Position numbers and translations under genes: made by a program. The notes beneath the pieces were generated by a model, which worked only from the letters and a program-made list of their open reading frames with translations, had not been told where the DNA came from and did no database searches. DNA of 63,800 bases, filler included, from Lama guanicoe (Eukaryota): assembly GCA_013239625.1 (NCBI GenBank). It is 213 parts of 213 records of this genome, joined end to end, with 100 filler letters (N's around TTAATTAATTAA, not from the genome) between each part and the next. Parts side by side here need not be neighbours in the genome. Positions count along the whole stretch, not along the records: positions 1 to 200 come from PNXV01030156.1; positions 301 to 500 come from PNXV01030157.1; positions 601 to 800 come from PNXV01030158.1; positions 901 to 1,100 come from PNXV01030159.1; positions 1,201 to 1,400 come from PNXV01030160.1; positions 1,501 to 1,700 come from PNXV01030161.1; positions 1,801 to 2,000 come from PNXV01030162.1; positions 2,101 to 2,300 come from PNXV01030163.1; 205 more parts are not named here. The stretch is one strand, 5' to 3'. Of the stretch, positions 1 to 13,339 are shown in pieces (position 1 is the first letter of the stretch; each line of letters begins with the position of its first letter).

Positions 1-244
1 TGGTGGGATGGGATGTGGCCGTGATAGTCACATAGTTGGGGCTGGTGGGTGTGGCTGACTTTGGATGCTAGGTAGAGATGCTTCAGCCCTTGGAGTCCAG
101 GCTGGTCCTCAAGGGCCCTGGGACATACCTAACCCCCAAATCAGCCTTGTGGTTCGTTCTCCTGCCTGGAGGGCCATGGGCTTGATTCACAAGTTTCTAA
201 NNNNNNNNNNNNNNNNNNNNNNNNNNNNNNNNNNNNNNNNNNNN

Positions 245-256
245 TTAATTAATTAA
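245..256. other. Six-frame stop linker TTAATTAATTAA (first of 212 copies, every 300 bp)
   Basis: Palindromic 12-mer with TAA in all three frames on both strands, embedded in N runs; a standard contig-joining device. Confidence 0.98.
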
Positions 257-1907
257 NNNNNNNNNNNNNNNNNNNNNNNNNNNNNNNNNNNNNNNNNNNN
301 AGCCTTCTGCTGGCAGGCTCAGAGGCATACAGGCTGATGGCTCCTGGGAAGGACCCCAGGAGCTGGAATAGAACCCAAGAAACCTGCACCCAAGGAATTC
401 GCATGCTCTATTTTTTAAATCGTCATTATGGAAAATTTACCTAATGCAATATTAGGAGGCTACTCATAATGAACCTCCATGTAGCCATCACTCAGCTTCC
501 NNNNNNNNNNNNNNNNNNNNNNNNNNNNNNNNNNNNNNNNNNNNTTAATTAATTAANNNNNNNNNNNNNNNNNNNNNNNNNNNNNNNNNNNNNNNNNNNN
601 ACACTACAAACTGTTTTCAGATAGGGAGACAGGTGCCCCAGGCACGCCCATCTCCCGGTCTGCCCTCCTTGGGTTCCACTGTATGTGTTAATCCTGGAAA
701 TTGGCAGGACTTCATCCTCCCTCAGTTAAAATAGGACCCCTTTTCTCCTCACTTTCTGGCCTGGGAGGCAACCATCCGAAGAGTGGCAGCTGCCTGTTGA
801 NNNNNNNNNNNNNNNNNNNNNNNNNNNNNNNNNNNNNNNNNNNNTTAATTAATTAANNNNNNNNNNNNNNNNNNNNNNNNNNNNNNNNNNNNNNNNNNNN
901 GACCTTGCACCACCCACCAGTGGGCCAGCACCAGTCCAGGACCCCATGGGCAGCACAGTGAGCTATGCAGGGACCAAGTCTCACGCAATGGTGAGCCAGC
1001 AGCCACGGCATGAGGTAGTGCCTGGGAGCCAAAGTGCCAGGAGACAGCCACACCTATGCGCACACCCAGGGCACTCAGCCCCATCAAAACAAAAGAGCCC
1101 NNNNNNNNNNNNNNNNNNNNNNNNNNNNNNNNNNNNNNNNNNNNTTAATTAATTAANNNNNNNNNNNNNNNNNNNNNNNNNNNNNNNNNNNNNNNNNNNN
1201 ACAGCACACTTCACAAAGAATGGTCCCCATCCCCAGCCTCCACTTTCCGTCTCTCATTGGCTTCCACCCACTGCAGTCTGGCTGGAGCCTCACCGCCCAC
1301 TGGCGTTGCTTTCACCAAGATCCCCAGCAACCTTGTTACTGAAAATTAAAAGTCATTTCCCCATCTTTATCTTAAGCGAATTTTGAGAACCAGACACTCC
1401 NNNNNNNNNNNNNNNNNNNNNNNNNNNNNNNNNNNNNNNNNNNNTTAATTAATTAANNNNNNNNNNNNNNNNNNNNNNNNNNNNNNNNNNNNNNNNNNNN
1501 TCACTTTTTGTAATTTTCTAATGTGTTTGTGAAAAAAATGGTCATCCCCAAGCACTTCCTAAATTGGTTTCTACAAGTTGCAAAAGGCTGAAAAGCAGTC
1601 ATGGTGTTGAAGAAGAAACTCATGTCCTGGCTCAATATTCCAGCCAGTCCGTGCAAAGGCTGAAAGGGAAAGCATTTTTTTTTCTTCTAAAAAACAATCT
1701 NNNNNNNNNNNNNNNNNNNNNNNNNNNNNNNNNNNNNNNNNNNNTTAATTAATTAANNNNNNNNNNNNNNNNNNNNNNNNNNNNNNNNNNNNNNNNNNNN
1801 ATGTGACAGTTGCAAGTTGAAAATATCAGTAAATAATTATTTGTAATCCACATGATGATAATGATTTTTAAAATCCATGGTAGGCCAGTTGCCTTAGGAA
1901 ATCTAAC

Positions 1908-1954
1908 CTTAATAATCTGTACTGAAATTGAGTAGCCATCGCCATAGTAAGTTC
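1908..1954 (-). CDS. Candidate short internal exon (47 nt), gene unknown
   Basis: Minus strand: pyrimidine-rich tract ...ttttgtatttttccccacatatcaacccag| then an open stretch (ELTMAMATQFQYRLL or GTYYGDGYSISVQIIK) ending AAG|gttaga. Confidence 0.35.
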
Positions 1955-4900
1955 CTGGGTTGATATGTGGGGAAAAATACAAAAGTTAATCCTTTTCAGT
2001 NNNNNNNNNNNNNNNNNNNNNNNNNNNNNNNNNNNNNNNNNNNNTTAATTAATTAANNNNNNNNNNNNNNNNNNNNNNNNNNNNNNNNNNNNNNNNNNNN
2101 GACAACCTTAATACTAAACTTGAGGCAACTAGGAACATAACGTTGAAAACAGCAAGGCACAGTGAAACACAGACTCTCGAAGGAAAAAACCAGAATAAAA
2201 AGCCCAGTCTTTCAAGTTACAATGGTAGAAACCAATGGAAATAGGTGTTCGGTAGTGACTGATAAAAGATCTTACCTCTAACTGTAAGGCATCTATTTTC
2301 NNNNNNNNNNNNNNNNNNNNNNNNNNNNNNNNNNNNNNNNNNNNTTAATTAATTAANNNNNNNNNNNNNNNNNNNNNNNNNNNNNNNNNNNNNNNNNNNN
2401 TCGCCGGAAACTGACGACTGACAACCGGCAGTCAGTCGCTGATGAGTCGTGGGCCCTGGAGGGCCTCTTCGGAAGGATGCACGCTCTGCTCCGTTTCTGG
2501 CTCTAGGAGCTCGCTGGAGGTCCTTGGACGCACTCAGCACGTCAGGCGGGAGGGCTTCCGCGTGTGCGGGGACGTCAGAGCCAGTCCCATTGACTGGACG
2601 NNNNNNNNNNNNNNNNNNNNNNNNNNNNNNNNNNNNNNNNNNNNTTAATTAATTAANNNNNNNNNNNNNNNNNNNNNNNNNNNNNNNNNNNNNNNNNNNN
2701 ACCCCCTTTCAGCTCCTTCCTTCTTCCCTTGTCACCACCCTTACCTCTCCTCTTGTGTCCTGACGTGGCTTCATTATAAGCCTCCTTGTCTCCAGGCCAC
2801 TTCTTTACTTCCACATTGTCACCAAGCTAATTTTCCTCAAATGTGTTGTGTTCACTTACTTGTTTTTATTCATTCATTGATCCGTGTGATTTAATCACTC
2901 NNNNNNNNNNNNNNNNNNNNNNNNNNNNNNNNNNNNNNNNNNNNTTAATTAATTAANNNNNNNNNNNNNNNNNNNNNNNNNNNNNNNNNNNNNNNNNNNN
3001 CCACCATAGAGGGAACCTGGAATGTCCCCTCCAAACAGGCCATTGATAACCCAGGCAAGCATCAAGGAAGAGAAGCTGCATAGACAAAAGAAATCATCTC
3101 TCTGAGTTGAGTTTGATGGATGGAGAGGTGGCCCACGTGAATAAAAGAAACAATTTCAGGGATTCCAGGGAGAGGAGACAGCACATTCAACGCACTAAGG
3201 NNNNNNNNNNNNNNNNNNNNNNNNNNNNNNNNNNNNNNNNNNNNTTAATTAATTAANNNNNNNNNNNNNNNNNNNNNNNNNNNNNNNNNNNNNNNNNNNN
3301 CGCACTGACAATGTTTCCGAAATCCTGAATGTGGGGAGGTTCCACCAACTGTCGATCGCGCGTGGGTTTTAACTTAATGCCTAAGCTCGTCTCCCTTGAG
3401 GGTTCTCCCAATGCCTCTGTGCCAGGGAATGCTAGGCGGGTTTGCAGGAATTGCCACTGACAGAGGCTGACTCCCCAAGGTCAGGGAAGGTATTTCTCGG
3501 NNNNNNNNNNNNNNNNNNNNNNNNNNNNNNNNNNNNNNNNNNNNTTAATTAATTAANNNNNNNNNNNNNNNNNNNNNNNNNNNNNNNNNNNNNNNNNNNN
3601 GACAAATGAGCAAGGACAGGCTGAGGTTAGGGCTTATGAAAGTGAAAAGTCCACAGAGGCTAAGGCTCTAGGAATAGTAAATGAACACAACCAGAGGAGA
3701 GGAAAGGTATCAGGGAGCAGCACCAAGGGTCCAGCTGTGCTCTGGGAACACAGTGCTTCACTGAAGTCAAGCTGTGGGACGATGTGTTTTATTTCATCTC
3801 NNNNNNNNNNNNNNNNNNNNNNNNNNNNNNNNNNNNNNNNNNNNTTAATTAATTAANNNNNNNNNNNNNNNNNNNNNNNNNNNNNNNNNNNNNNNNNNNN
3901 AAGCCTCTTGCCTGCCACAGGAGAGGAAGGGCTGTGCCAGCCCAGTTCTGGGCACCAGTGCACCCTGTAAGCCCACCTGTGATGCCACATCACCCCACAA
4001 TGCCCCACAAGAGCCCTCCCTGCAGGCAACCCCATGGAGCAGCCAGGAAACATGCCAAGCAGGACAAGGGGCATGAGCTGGGAGTCCAGGGCTTCCTGCT
4101 NNNNNNNNNNNNNNNNNNNNNNNNNNNNNNNNNNNNNNNNNNNNTTAATTAATTAANNNNNNNNNNNNNNNNNNNNNNNNNNNNNNNNNNNNNNNNNNNN
4201 TGTTGTTATCTGGGCTGCATTCAGCTTTGGCAGAGAGAGACCAGGAAGCGCCCGCTGGCACATTCATGACTTTTCAGGTGAGAAACAAACATCTGTCTTC
4301 TCCAGGGCACCCGCTTGCCAACTCTGAGTACATCCTGCCCTCAGGGAAAAAATTCAGTATCTTCAAAACGCACCCTTCCCTACACTTTGTTTCCCGTCCA
4401 NNNNNNNNNNNNNNNNNNNNNNNNNNNNNNNNNNNNNNNNNNNNTTAATTAATTAANNNNNNNNNNNNNNNNNNNNNNNNNNNNNNNNNNNNNNNNNNNN
4501 TTAGCTTATCCCAAAGACCTCAAGGCACCCAGTATCCTCATCCTGCTTCGGTCCTGAAGATATCAACTCAGATCCCAGCCCCTTGGCCAGTGTCTGTGCA
4601 GCCCCAGCCGCCCCAGGCAAGGTGAAGACAATGGGACACTCCTATCCCCAGCCCTGCACCCAGAGGACTAGGAGGCTGCAGTCTGAATAGACATTTCTCC
4701 NNNNNNNNNNNNNNNNNNNNNNNNNNNNNNNNNNNNNNNNNNNNTTAATTAATTAANNNNNNNNNNNNNNNNNNNNNNNNNNNNNNNNNNNNNNNNNNNN
4801 TCCCTGGAGGATGACTTGAGCTGGCCAGAGAAAACAAACACAGATTCAGAAAGGTTGGGAAGGAAGAGCAGGCCCCCCAGGCACACAGCGGCTCAAGGGA

Positions 4901-5400
4901 GCTGGCTGGGACTGGGTCTCTGGCCCGGGGATACTTCAGAGCCTCAAGGCGCTGAGGAGTCCTGCCCCATGTGCCCTCTCAGGCCTGATGATGGCTGCTG
5001 NNNNNNNNNNNNNNNNNNNNNNNNNNNNNNNNNNNNNNNNNNNNTTAATTAATTAANNNNNNNNNNNNNNNNNNNNNNNNNNNNNNNNNNNNNNNNNNNN
5101 AGTGACGGATGCAAGAAGCTGTCACACTTGAGACGGGAAGACCGGAGTTCCTTTTTGGATATGCCGAGCTGACCAACAGACATCTGAGGGGACACACAAA
5201 TCAGCATGACAAACCATGTCTCCGAGCGTCAGTGTCCTCCACCGTCAAACTAGGGTAACAGCCGCCTTACCTGCCCCACCAGGCTATCCTCCTACAGGGA
5301 NNNNNNNNNNNNNNNNNNNNNNNNNNNNNNNNNNNNNNNNNNNNTTAATTAATTAANNNNNNNNNNNNNNNNNNNNNNNNNNNNNNNNNNNNNNNNNNNN

Positions 5401-5535
5401 TAATCCTATCCTGTACACTAACCCTAACCCTGAGCCATTCCCTAACCCTTAACCACACCCTGACACTGACCCTAACACTAACCTCTTCCATTACCCTACC
5501 CCTAATTTTGACCCTGACCCTAATCCTTAATCCTA
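5401..5535 (+). repeat. Degenerate telomere-like (CCCTAA/CCCTGA)n hexamer array
   Basis: 6-bp periodicity: accctaaccctgagcc, cctaacccttaacc, gaccctgaccctaatcc. Confidence 0.7.
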
Positions 5536-6900
5536 GTTTCTTGTAACAACCTAGGACTATCCTGATGGTCAAATCCCATGAAGACATAACAAAAACACAT
5601 NNNNNNNNNNNNNNNNNNNNNNNNNNNNNNNNNNNNNNNNNNNNTTAATTAATTAANNNNNNNNNNNNNNNNNNNNNNNNNNNNNNNNNNNNNNNNNNNN
5701 TATTATGTCAGAAAGTGGTGACTGTGGAGGGAAGAACGCTCGCGGGGTAAGGGGCCAAGAGAGCCCGGAGGAGTCTGTGGAGAAGCGCACGGAGTGAGTG
5801 GACTCGGCCTGGAAGGACATGCAGGAGTGAGCCCGGCGGAGGGTCCGCCCGGACAAAGGCTTGAAGTGTGCCTGGCACGTGTGAGGATGGAGGAAGCCAG
5901 NNNNNNNNNNNNNNNNNNNNNNNNNNNNNNNNNNNNNNNNNNNNTTAATTAATTAANNNNNNNNNNNNNNNNNNNNNNNNNNNNNNNNNNNNNNNNNNNN
6001 CCCATCAGTTTCAGTGAATGATATTTTAGAAATGGGAAAATTTTACTGCATTTTGAGAGGCTGAAAAATCTGATTCTCAAATATAAAAGATGCCTTAGTT
6101 GAAAAAAATCTCAAAATATGTAACAGTTAGTTTTATAATGAATTTAAAACGGCTGCAAGTTCCCTTTTATGCTCATTTATTATTCATTGGCACAATTATG
6201 NNNNNNNNNNNNNNNNNNNNNNNNNNNNNNNNNNNNNNNNNNNNTTAATTAATTAANNNNNNNNNNNNNNNNNNNNNNNNNNNNNNNNNNNNNNNNNNNN
6301 AGCTGGGTAAACTGAACACAGAGGCAGCCCCAGATCAGCCTTTCCCGTGTGCTCTCTCTCCTCCAAACTCCACTCCCTTCTCGAAAGGTCACCCTGGCCT
6401 CTGGGAGAAGTTCTGAGTCCCCTGTCAGCCCGTGCGGTCCAGCCTCATTCGTGCTCCCAGAAACACCAAACCACGCAAGGTTTTTCCCTTCTGCCACTGA
6501 NNNNNNNNNNNNNNNNNNNNNNNNNNNNNNNNNNNNNNNNNNNNTTAATTAATTAANNNNNNNNNNNNNNNNNNNNNNNNNNNNNNNNNNNNNNNNNNNN
6601 TTTTTTTTTAATAGTTTATTCATGAAAATTGGGTCAGCAAGGGCACCCCAAACAAGCTGCGGCCATGGGGAGTGAGTGAGGCAGAAACAGTATTTGCATG
6701 CAGCACACTTGAAGTTGCAATTTTGAAATCATTTGGGCTCTCTCCTGGAGCAGCAGGTTTTTCTCCATAGAATGTTCTTATCTACTTTAGAGGGAAAATT
6801 NNNNNNNNNNNNNNNNNNNNNNNNNNNNNNNNNNNNNNNNNNNNTTAATTAATTAANNNNNNNNNNNNNNNNNNNNNNNNNNNNNNNNNNNNNNNNNNNN

Positions 6901-7100
6901 TATAACTGGAAAATTGTGCTCTACACTGGAAATTGACACAACATTGTAACATGACAGTGACTCAATTTAAAAAAATGTTAAAAAAAATGTAAGTAGATTG
7001 AACTCAGCAATCAAAATGCAGAGTGACTGAATGGAAAGAAAAAAAAGAACGAATTATATGTTGCCTATAGGCGATTACTTTCAGCTCTAAAGACACACAC
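6901..7100 (+). mobile_element. L1 3' terminus with A-rich tail (6901-6990) abutting an older L1 ORF2 endonuclease remnant
   Basis: aaattgtgctctacactggaaattgacacaacattgtaa plus A tail matches the 3' ends at 48901 and 54601; the following ...gactgaatgga...tgttgcctata...aaagacacac is L1 EN-like. Confidence 0.75.
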
Positions 7101-8700
7101 NNNNNNNNNNNNNNNNNNNNNNNNNNNNNNNNNNNNNNNNNNNNTTAATTAATTAANNNNNNNNNNNNNNNNNNNNNNNNNNNNNNNNNNNNNNNNNNNN
7201 GGGTTCATTTAGCTACACGAGGCTTCTCCCAGAAGCCCAGGGACAGGACCGGAGCAGGGCAGGCCTCTAGGGCACAGGCTCGGGGGGGGTGAGGGTGGGG
7301 CTGTCTGGCCCTGTGTAAATGTTGTAGTCATGTGGGAAGTATAGGGTGCCGGCCTGACACTTTAAGTAATTTCATTCTGCCTTTCATCGTCTTAGTTTCT
7401 NNNNNNNNNNNNNNNNNNNNNNNNNNNNNNNNNNNNNNNNNNNNTTAATTAATTAANNNNNNNNNNNNNNNNNNNNNNNNNNNNNNNNNNNNNNNNNNNN
7501 AATGATGAAGGCAGTGTGTTTCTGTGGTTGATTTCATTTGACTTGGGTTAATTTTTAAAATTTTCTGGTGAGGTTCTTATGCGCTCTTAAAAGCTGGAAG
7601 AGCAGCACAACCATGGAGAGAAAGGCAGAGAAACGTGTCAGCGGCCCCTGTGAAGTCTAGGGGACGAGAGCAGGAGGTGCGGCAGAGGCAGCACCGTGGC
7701 NNNNNNNNNNNNNNNNNNNNNNNNNNNNNNNNNNNNNNNNNNNNTTAATTAATTAANNNNNNNNNNNNNNNNNNNNNNNNNNNNNNNNNNNNNNNNNNNN
7801 TGACTTCTGATGAGGACCCCTGCTCATGTTTTCATCTTGCACATGGAGAGCGCACCCTTTTCTCTGACATCCTCAGTAAGCTTTGCTGCTGTCTGACTCT
7901 TGGGGGCATACAGGATACCTGAGTCAATTTGTTCTCTCTCTGCAGGCTGTTCTCCAGGTTAAAGCCCAGGAATTCTTGGCAAAGTACCTGATAGTCCCTG
8001 NNNNNNNNNNNNNNNNNNNNNNNNNNNNNNNNNNNNNNNNNNNNTTAATTAATTAANNNNNNNNNNNNNNNNNNNNNNNNNNNNNNNNNNNNNNNNNNNN
8101 AGTAAATCTCTTTTCCACGTAAGCCAAAATCAGTTTCCATTCTGATGGTGGTCCGTCCATGACTGGCCCTACTCAGTGGGAAGTTTCCAGGTGGCTCTCT
8201 TCCGTCCCACCTTGGTCAGGGGCCTAGGCTTTTCAGTTACCGTATCCGTGGTTTCATGGTATGGCCCCCAGACACCTGGAAGTTGCTGAGACATTTTCAG
8301 NNNNNNNNNNNNNNNNNNNNNNNNNNNNNNNNNNNNNNNNNNNNTTAATTAATTAANNNNNNNNNNNNNNNNNNNNNNNNNNNNNNNNNNNNNNNNNNNN
8401 ATACCATTTCATACTGACTTTCTTTTCAAAAGTTGGCTCCATCAGGCTCCATTCTTGGCACTCCAAATTGGAGAGAAAACCATACCATTTGACACAAGCA
8501 GAACACTCAGTGTGTTTACAAATAACTGTCTGGTATCAACCAAGAAAACCCCATCTTGTCTCCGCAAAACCCACAGAGAACAGTTATATCCAGCTAGGTG
8601 NNNNNNNNNNNNNNNNNNNNNNNNNNNNNNNNNNNNNNNNNNNNTTAATTAATTAANNNNNNNNNNNNNNNNNNNNNNNNNNNNNNNNNNNNNNNNNNNN

Positions 8701-8900
8701 TCAGCTGGGGAATTGTGGACCCCTAGAGGACGCGTGGCAATGTCCGAAGACATTTCTGATCCTTGCAGCTGGGGAGGTGCTGCTGGCATCTAGCGCGTGG
8801 AGACCAAGGCTGCTGCTAAATGCTCTACGCTGTGTAAGACAGCCCCCCCCTACCCCGCCAACAAAGAATTGCCCAGTTCAGAGTGTCAACAGTGCCAAGA
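8701..8900 (+). mobile_element. MER20 (hAT-Charlie) DNA transposon fossil
   Basis: ggcaatgtccgaagacattt...tgctgctggcatctag...gctgctaaa...acagccccc...aacaaagaatt resembles the MER20 consensus. Confidence 0.8.
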
Positions 8901-9449
8901 NNNNNNNNNNNNNNNNNNNNNNNNNNNNNNNNNNNNNNNNNNNNTTAATTAATTAANNNNNNNNNNNNNNNNNNNNNNNNNNNNNNNNNNNNNNNNNNNN
9001 CAGCCCCACCCCCCACACACCATGTCTACTTGTCACGCATCACCATGTAAGAAGGCCCCCCTACTTTTGATTCCACTGTGTTCCCTCTCCTCCATCCTCA
9101 ACACACACCCCGTATACACATGTACGCGTGCACACACACGTTCACTCACTCTCCTCCTGTGGCATCACAGTCAGCCATCATTTCCGTCCTCACAACAGGA
9201 NNNNNNNNNNNNNNNNNNNNNNNNNNNNNNNNNNNNNNNNNNNNTTAATTAATTAANNNNNNNNNNNNNNNNNNNNNNNNNNNNNNNNNNNNNNNNNNNN
9301 TATTACTTTTTAAATATTTTCTATCACTTTGTTGAAATTCTTTGTTCCTTCATGTTCTTCTGATTTTTTGAGCATCTTTTCTTTTTTTGCAGCTAAATAA
9401 TATAGCACTATGTTTCACTTTTTTTTATGTTTGTTCACGTTTAAAAACT

Positions 9450-9500
9450 TAAAAAAAAATTTTTATTGAGTAATAGTCATTTTACAATGTTGTGTCAAAT
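9450..9500 (-). mobile_element. L1 3' end
   Basis: ttttattgagtaatagtcattttacaatgttgtgtcaaat is the reverse complement of the L1 3' end seen at 6901 and 54601. Confidence 0.7.
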
Positions 9501-12300
9501 NNNNNNNNNNNNNNNNNNNNNNNNNNNNNNNNNNNNNNNNNNNNTTAATTAATTAANNNNNNNNNNNNNNNNNNNNNNNNNNNNNNNNNNNNNNNNNNNN
9601 GGTCATAAGCCCCTCATAGAAGGGAACCCTTTCTATTCCCTTTTCCTGGGGAAAAGAAACGTCCTTATTTTGAAGGAGGACATTGAGATGAATCTGAACA
9701 TACAGGCTTTGCTAAGTTTCCCCCGGTTTATTACCAATAAATTATACCCATTTTGCCTATCAAATTCCTTCACCACCATCCACTCTTCATCAAATCCAGC
9801 NNNNNNNNNNNNNNNNNNNNNNNNNNNNNNNNNNNNNNNNNNNNTTAATTAATTAANNNNNNNNNNNNNNNNNNNNNNNNNNNNNNNNNNNNNNNNNNNN
9901 AACAGACCTGTCCCTGTTTAGGCCAAAACACAGCTCCTTGTTTGTCTTGACAGAGCAAGTTCCCAGAGGAAATAAGACAGAAGAATCCTATCTGCCGCAG
10001 ATTGTAGACAAGCCCCATCTTTTGCTTGAAGATGCTAAGTCCTTAGGAATGGATGCAGGTTTTGCTCCCACTGCCACCTGGGTGCAAAGCACCAGAGGGT
10101 NNNNNNNNNNNNNNNNNNNNNNNNNNNNNNNNNNNNNNNNNNNNTTAATTAATTAANNNNNNNNNNNNNNNNNNNNNNNNNNNNNNNNNNNNNNNNNNNN
10201 TGTTTGGAAGGCCTTTGTAACATCACTGCAAAGGCAGCGTGTGGACCCCGTGGATAGTTATGTGCCCAAATGAATGAAGAGTCCTTATGCAGCCAAAAGC
10301 AGAAGTCAGGCAGTCGTGATGTCATAATACCAAAGGATGTGTCGTAAGTGCGATGTTCCTCTCTGAAACCCACCCAGCCTTGGGGAATCCACTTGGGTGC
10401 NNNNNNNNNNNNNNNNNNNNNNNNNNNNNNNNNNNNNNNNNNNNTTAATTAATTAANNNNNNNNNNNNNNNNNNNNNNNNNNNNNNNNNNNNNNNNNNNN
10501 TGTGGCCATGGGAACTGCTTAGTGCTTCACTGGTGAATTCAGTATTGCCGGAATCCCACCAGCAGCAAACTAGAAGATTTTTCTTCCGGCTTAAACAGCA
10601 GCCCATGTCACCACCAAGCATTTTGGCATGATCGCCATCCTCCGCTCTCTCGATTCCAGACGCGTTAGCTTTCTTCGGATTCTTTAAAGTAGTTGTGTTT
10701 NNNNNNNNNNNNNNNNNNNNNNNNNNNNNNNNNNNNNNNNNNNNTTAATTAATTAANNNNNNNNNNNNNNNNNNNNNNNNNNNNNNNNNNNNNNNNNNNN
10801 GGGCAGTGACAGCCACTGAGCAGAGAAGCCCCAGCTTGGCCCTGGCCCTTGCTATGGCCCCTCTGGCTCCACCCCTACCTCCCACCAGGGTGGCGGCTGC
10901 CAGCACACGTGGGAGAAGATGCGGCTGGTGCTGTTGTCAGATCCAGCTCCTGCCAAGGCCCCTGAGCACACGCAGTTGCACAGGGATGTTCCCACACAAG
11001 NNNNNNNNNNNNNNNNNNNNNNNNNNNNNNNNNNNNNNNNNNNNTTAATTAATTAANNNNNNNNNNNNNNNNNNNNNNNNNNNNNNNNNNNNNNNNNNNN
11101 CTTTGGTTTGAGAAGCGGCCAGTCCTGGGTGCTGACGCGGAGGGGACGGGGGCTGTGGGGAAGACGGGGGTCAGAGAGGTGGCAAAGGGGGCAGGTCGTG
11201 TGCGGCATTACAGAGACCTACGGACAGTCCAAGGGCCTTGAGGACATGAGTGGCGTAATGTGACATACGTGGATCGTGCTGGTTTTTGCGGACAGCGGAT
11301 NNNNNNNNNNNNNNNNNNNNNNNNNNNNNNNNNNNNNNNNNNNNTTAATTAATTAANNNNNNNNNNNNNNNNNNNNNNNNNNNNNNNNNNNNNNNNNNNN
11401 TTGCCAGAGGATGAGGGCCACCTGGGCATCAGTTGAAGTGGCAGAGGCTTGGCCCACCCTGGAACAACACTTGAGAAAAATACTTCCGGGGCCCTGGCCC
11501 CGGTCTGCTAAATGGGATTTTGCAGGGGAGGTGCCCAGGTGTCTTCATTTTCAAGTGCCTCTGGTGATCCTGATCTTGGGGCCAGTTTGGGAAGTTTGAC
11601 NNNNNNNNNNNNNNNNNNNNNNNNNNNNNNNNNNNNNNNNNNNNTTAATTAATTAANNNNNNNNNNNNNNNNNNNNNNNNNNNNNNNNNNNNNNNNNNNN
11701 AGCCAGTGCACAGACACGTGCCATTGACAGGAAATATCTTTAAAACACAGAGACTGAAAGGAAGGAAAACATACACCATGTGGAAGATCAGATCCAGTAC
11801 TTATCTGGCTGCACAGTAGGGCTGCATATAAACTGGCAATTAAGACAAAACGTACTGCCTGGAGATGCTCCAACAGACCAGGACGGAGCTGAGCACCCCG
11901 NNNNNNNNNNNNNNNNNNNNNNNNNNNNNNNNNNNNNNNNNNNNTTAATTAATTAANNNNNNNNNNNNNNNNNNNNNNNNNNNNNNNNNNNNNNNNNNNN
12001 AAAGTGACTTGAAAAACACTTGGGCAAAGCCAGGAGGGAGCCTGCCACCGGTCCCCAGCCTGAGCCATTCTTCCTGGCACCTGTGATCATAGTAGCAGAG
12101 GGTAGGAAATGCTTGACGAGGCTCTAACGGGTGAAAAGTCACTTTCACTCGGGAAGTAGTGGCATTTAAGTCTGGCAGTGACAGATGGGAGTATTTGGGC
12201 NNNNNNNNNNNNNNNNNNNNNNNNNNNNNNNNNNNNNNNNNNNNTTAATTAATTAANNNNNNNNNNNNNNNNNNNNNNNNNNNNNNNNNNNNNNNNNNNN

Positions 12301-12500
12301 TCTGATAAAGGACTGCTATCCAAATTACACACATACACACACACACACACACAACTCAAAACTCAACAATAAGAAAACAAACAATTTGATTTTAAAATAC
12401 GCCAATGATCTTAACAGACTCCTTATAAAAGAAGATATATAGATGGCAAATAAGCACATGAAAAAATGCTCCACATCATATGTCAGCAGGAAATGCAAAT
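12301..12500 (+). mobile_element. L1 ORF2 3' region with embedded (CA)n microsatellite (about 12327-12353)
   Basis: aactcaacaataagaaaacaaacaa...gaagatatatagatggcaaataagcacatgaaaaaatgctccacatca...ggaaatgcaaat. Confidence 0.85.
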
Positions 12501-13200
12501 NNNNNNNNNNNNNNNNNNNNNNNNNNNNNNNNNNNNNNNNNNNNTTAATTAATTAANNNNNNNNNNNNNNNNNNNNNNNNNNNNNNNNNNNNNNNNNNNN
12601 CTGAAAAAGGAACAGTTTAGCAGGCTGATGAATAATATCTAAGTTGTCCGGGTACAGAGAAAGCAGGATGCCAGATGACTCTTCAGATTCATTTGTGGTA
12701 TCTTAAGGACACAATAAAGTTGTGTTGATTAGGGGGGAAAATATATATACATGGATCCAGAACTTCAAATTACTCAAAAACAAATGTGTCTGTGTGCATG
12801 NNNNNNNNNNNNNNNNNNNNNNNNNNNNNNNNNNNNNNNNNNNNTTAATTAATTAANNNNNNNNNNNNNNNNNNNNNNNNNNNNNNNNNNNNNNNNNNNN
12901 ATAAACATCCTTGTCAATGTATCTTCGCCCCACAGTGAGCTTTTTAATGTAGACTTGAGCATTTCACTGCCTGGTCCAAGAATCTCAGGTTTCCTCCTGA
13001 CTCACAGGCTTAACTCCATTTCTGTGGCTCAGAGGGTGTGGCCCTCATGTTCTCGTCCCAGCGGTCACTGCTCTGGCTCACTCACTGATCACTCACTCCT
13101 NNNNNNNNNNNNNNNNNNNNNNNNNNNNNNNNNNNNNNNNNNNNTTAATTAATTAANNNNNNNNNNNNNNNNNNNNNNNNNNNNNNNNNNNNNNNNNNNN

Positions 13201-13339
13201 TGGCGATGGCGTACCTGATCCGTGGGAATGAACTGGAGCTGGCCGTCTCGGTGGGCACAGTCCTGGGAGAGCCCGCAGCCCCGGCCACCCACTATGCCCT
13301 GGAGTTACTGGCGAGAAAATGCATGATGATTCCAACGTG
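13201..13339 (+). CDS. WDR17: Partial internal coding exon of WD repeat-containing protein 17
   Basis: Frame from 13203 reads AMAYLIRGNELELAVSVGTVLGEPAAPATHYALELLARKCMMIPT, recognised as WDR17 (human, recalled: LAMAYLIRGNELELAVCVGTVLGESAAPATHYALELLARKCMMI). Ends at donor TG|gtaagc (13340). Absent from the ORF track. Confidence 0.88.

Noticed and set aside
9601..9800. Possible ERV LTR or internal fragments (also 12601, 38401, 43501, 49801)
   Set aside because: General LTR-like appearance only; no PBS, polypurine tract or ORF to support a call, and no link to the betaretrovirus fragment.
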